From Mustelus asterias (taxonomy: Eukaryota), in contig NW_027591489.1 in NCBI RefSeq assembly GCF_964213995.1, positions 11,957 through 64,000 of the forward strand: a stretch of 52,044 nt of DNA. Reading direction: 5' to 3'. The position numbers and the translations under genes are program-made. Each line of letters opens with the position of its first letter. Within the stretch, counting starts at the first letter, position 1. Below the pieces are notes generated by a model that ran no database searches, was not told where the DNA came from, and worked only from the letters and a program-made list of their open reading frames with translations. Shown here one piece after another: positions 49,859 through 52,044 of the stretch.

Positions 49859-50037
49859 TCCAAAGATGTGCGGGTTAGGTTGATTGGCCAGGTTAAAAAT
49901 TGCCCCTTAGAGTCCTGGGATGTGTAGGTTAGAGGGATTAGCGGGTAAATATGTGGGGGTAGGGCCTGGGTGGGATTGTGGTCGGTGCAGACTCGATGGG
50001 CCGAATGGCCTCCTTCTGCACTGTAGGGTTTCTATGA
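49859..50037 (+). mobile_element. HE1/V-SINE-like 3' half
   Basis: Near-identical reverse complement of 2590-2777. Confidence 0.88.
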
Positions 50038-50522
50038 TGATTTATATGATGATTCAACATTATATCAATGATAGAGCTGTATAAAACGCGAGGTAGGTCA
50101 CGGTTGGAATTTGCTGTACAGTTCTCCTCACCACGTTGCAGGAAAGACGTAATAAGTTTCCCAAGCCCCATTCCGGGATAGCTGATATGTTAGACAAAAT
50201 ATAGTAACGGCAACTCTGAGAAAAGTTTAAAATTGAAGGAGAAACACTGAAATCCGACAGTGTGTCAGGTAAATGTGAGCTAAGAGTCAAATTTACATCC
50301 TGTCAATGTGTGGACCGAACTTTACTGAGGGTTTGAATCTTATCACTATTGCTGTGGCTTCAAATTGTGTAACACGAATATAGTTTATCAGAAAGGCCTG
50401 GAACATTCAAAACAGATAAAGCAATTGATGAAGATTCAAACTGAAATTCATATTAGTTCCGTGCATGGGCCCTTCTGAATTTAATTACATTATAATAAGA
50501 ATAATAGGAACAAGTAAAAATA

Positions 50523-50710
50523 CAGCAGTATAATCGTGCAACAAGATCCTTCAGTAATCTGAAATTCATTGACCTCCCAAACAGAGGCCATTTACCTTAC
50601 ATCACCACCAGAGGGAGCTCCCTCACCGTGTTTGTGTGTTCACTGTTTTAGGAGTTGGTTCCATTACACACTGATATAGGGAGACATAAATCAGGAGAAT
50701 TGGATTCATT
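50523..50710 (+). repeat. Right arm of long-range inverted repeat with CTCF-like motif
   Basis: Reverse complement of 26256-26446; CCACCAGAGGGAGC at 50605-50618. Similarity stops where the hAT element begins. Confidence 0.88.
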
Positions 50711-52044
50711 AAGTGGTTCCCAAAGGGTGTGCGGCGCGCCACACTGGTGCGGCGAGAGAGGATGGCAAGTGTGGCGGGAAGATTCAAGGACAATCAAAGA
50801 AACATTTGAACATGGATAGATATTTTTCCAAAGTGAGAGCAAGACCATCAAGTGATGCTGAGGACGGTCCGGGTCCATATTGTGATCCAGAATCGCCGTT
50901 CGAACAGGGTGCTGAAGAACAGTCGTTTAATTCTACACCAGTAGCAGGCCCAAGCAAACCTCCAAAAAAGAAAGTTTGTCAACTATGTATGGATAGCTAT
51001 CTGAGTCCCTGTTTCACATGGACTGGAGATGAAAACGTATCTCGGCCTATGTGTTTGATCTGTGGTGAGAAGCTTTCCAATTCCAACATGGTCCCAAGCA
51101 CGATGAAAAGACATCTGTTGTCAAAACATGGAAATCTGGCAAACAAGGATGTTCAATATTTTGAAAGGCTTTTGGAACAGCAGAAATGCCAACGATCATA
51201 TTTCGAAAAACGAATGACAGTCTCAGATAAGATGCAGATTGTATCTTACCAAGTGACTGAATTGATTGCTCAACAGACAAAACCACATAAAATAGCTGAA
51301 ACATTGATTCAGCCTGCCTGCAGCTTGATTGCGAAAACTTTGTTTGGTGATGATGCTGAGCGAGAAGTTATGGAAATTCCTTTGTCTGATAATACAATTC
51401 GCAGAAGAATAGTTGATATGTCAGCTCATATTGAGAAGCGTCTTTCTGAAAGTATGAAGAATTCTAAATTTGCCATTCAAGTTGATGAATCGACTGACAT
51501 TAGTGGAAAAGCACAGTTGCTTGCCTATATCAGATTCATTCACAATGATGAAATAATCACACAGTTTCTATTTTGCAAGGAACTTGGAAAACATACCAGA
51601 GGACAAGATATTTTCCAAACCTTGTCTGAGTATTTGGAAAAAGTTGAGATTTCATGGGATTCTTGCATTGGAATTTGTACGGATGGAGCGCCATGTGTGA
51701 TAGGGAATGTGAGAGGCTTGGTGGCACTCATCAAACAGAAAAATCCAGAAGTAATATCAACTCACTGTTTTTTACACAGAGAGGCATTAATCACCAAGAC
51801 TTTTGTAGCTGATTTGAAGTTGGTTCGAGATCAGACTGTGTGCATTGTGAACTTCATCATGGCAAAACCACTAAAGGCGCGGTTATTTACTCAACTCTGC
51901 AAAAACATGGAATCAAAATATCAGTGCCTAATTCTGCACTCGGAGGTTCGCTGGATGCCCCGCGGAAAAGTTTTAAATCGGGTGTTGGAACTGAAGAACG
52001 AATTAAGAGAATTTTTGGAACAAGAAGGGAACCCATTGGACCAC
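50711..52044 (+). mobile_element. hAT (Buster/Charlie-type) DNA transposon, left end
   Basis: Begins aAGTGGTTCCCAAA, similar to the CAGTGGTTCCCAA-type TIR, 100 bp before the transposase ATG. Confidence 0.85.
50812..52044 (+). CDS. hAT transposase (Buster/Charlie, SCAND3/ZBED5-like), 5' portion, runs off the window
   Basis: Hand translation from ATG 50812 is stop-free for 411 codons. Motifs: basic KPPKKK patch, BED finger CLIC...HLLSKH, PLSDNTIRRRI, catalytic DESTD and CTDGA, HCFLHRE (CxxH), EVRW. Confidence 0.93.
   Translation, partial: MDRYFSKVRARPSSDAEDGPGPYCDPESPFEQGAEEQSFNSTPVAGPSKPPKKKVCQLCMDSYLSPCFTWTGDENVSRPMCLICGEKLSNSNMVPSTMKRHLLSKHGNLANKDVQYFERLLEQQKCQRSYFEKRMTVSDKMQIVSYQVTELIAQQTKPHKIAETLIQPACSLIAKTLFGDDAEREVMEIPLSDNTIRRRIVDMSAHIEKRLSESMKNSKFAIQVDESTDISGKAQLLAYIRFIHNDEIITQFLFCKELGKHTRGQDIFQTLSEYLEKVEISWDSCIGICTDGAPCVIGNVRGLVALIKQKNPEVISTHCFLHREALITKTFVADLKLVRDQTVCIVNFIMAKPLKARLFTQLCKNMESKYQCLILHSEVRWMPRGKVLNRVLELKNELREFLEQEGNPLDH

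Noticed and set aside
26256-50710. A 24-kb transposon with the arms as TIRs, mobilised by the adjacent hAT
   Set aside because: The arms lack hAT-type termini, no TSD is visible, and the hAT lies outside and appears inserted into the arm.

Overview
Eukaryotic genomic DNA from a cartilaginous fish (shark-type IgM, shark tRNA-derived SINEs and CR1 LINEs), with three N-gaps (22-326, 370-696, 24203-24383). There are no bacterial-type features. The left half (1-26.2 kb) is microsatellite- and G-rich. It holds (i) a tandem array of four ~0.9-1.4 kb units, each with an AG/GT-bounded 102-nt exon-like segment open only in phase 2, plus related internal and terminal exon candidates, (ii) a minus-strand C2H2 zinc-finger gene with a CpG promoter and a degenerate paralog, flanked by G-run minisatellites, and (iii) a TATA/Kozak gene start on the minus strand at ~24.8-25.0 kb. 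The right half (26.2-50.7 kb) is more AT-rich and is bracketed by a ~190-bp inverted repeat carrying a CTCF-like motif. It contains a complete, in-frame IgM heavy-chain constant gene (CH1-CH4, secretory tail, TM1, TM2) for which I found no VH/D/JH upstream. Downstream are a GPR139-like GPCR fragment and a TCR alpha/delta-type V pseudogene with a defective RSS. The window ends inside an uninterrupted hAT (Buster/Charlie-type) transposase ORF that the ORF track omits. All family assignments come from motif recognition by eye; no database searches were run, and repeat boundaries are approximate.
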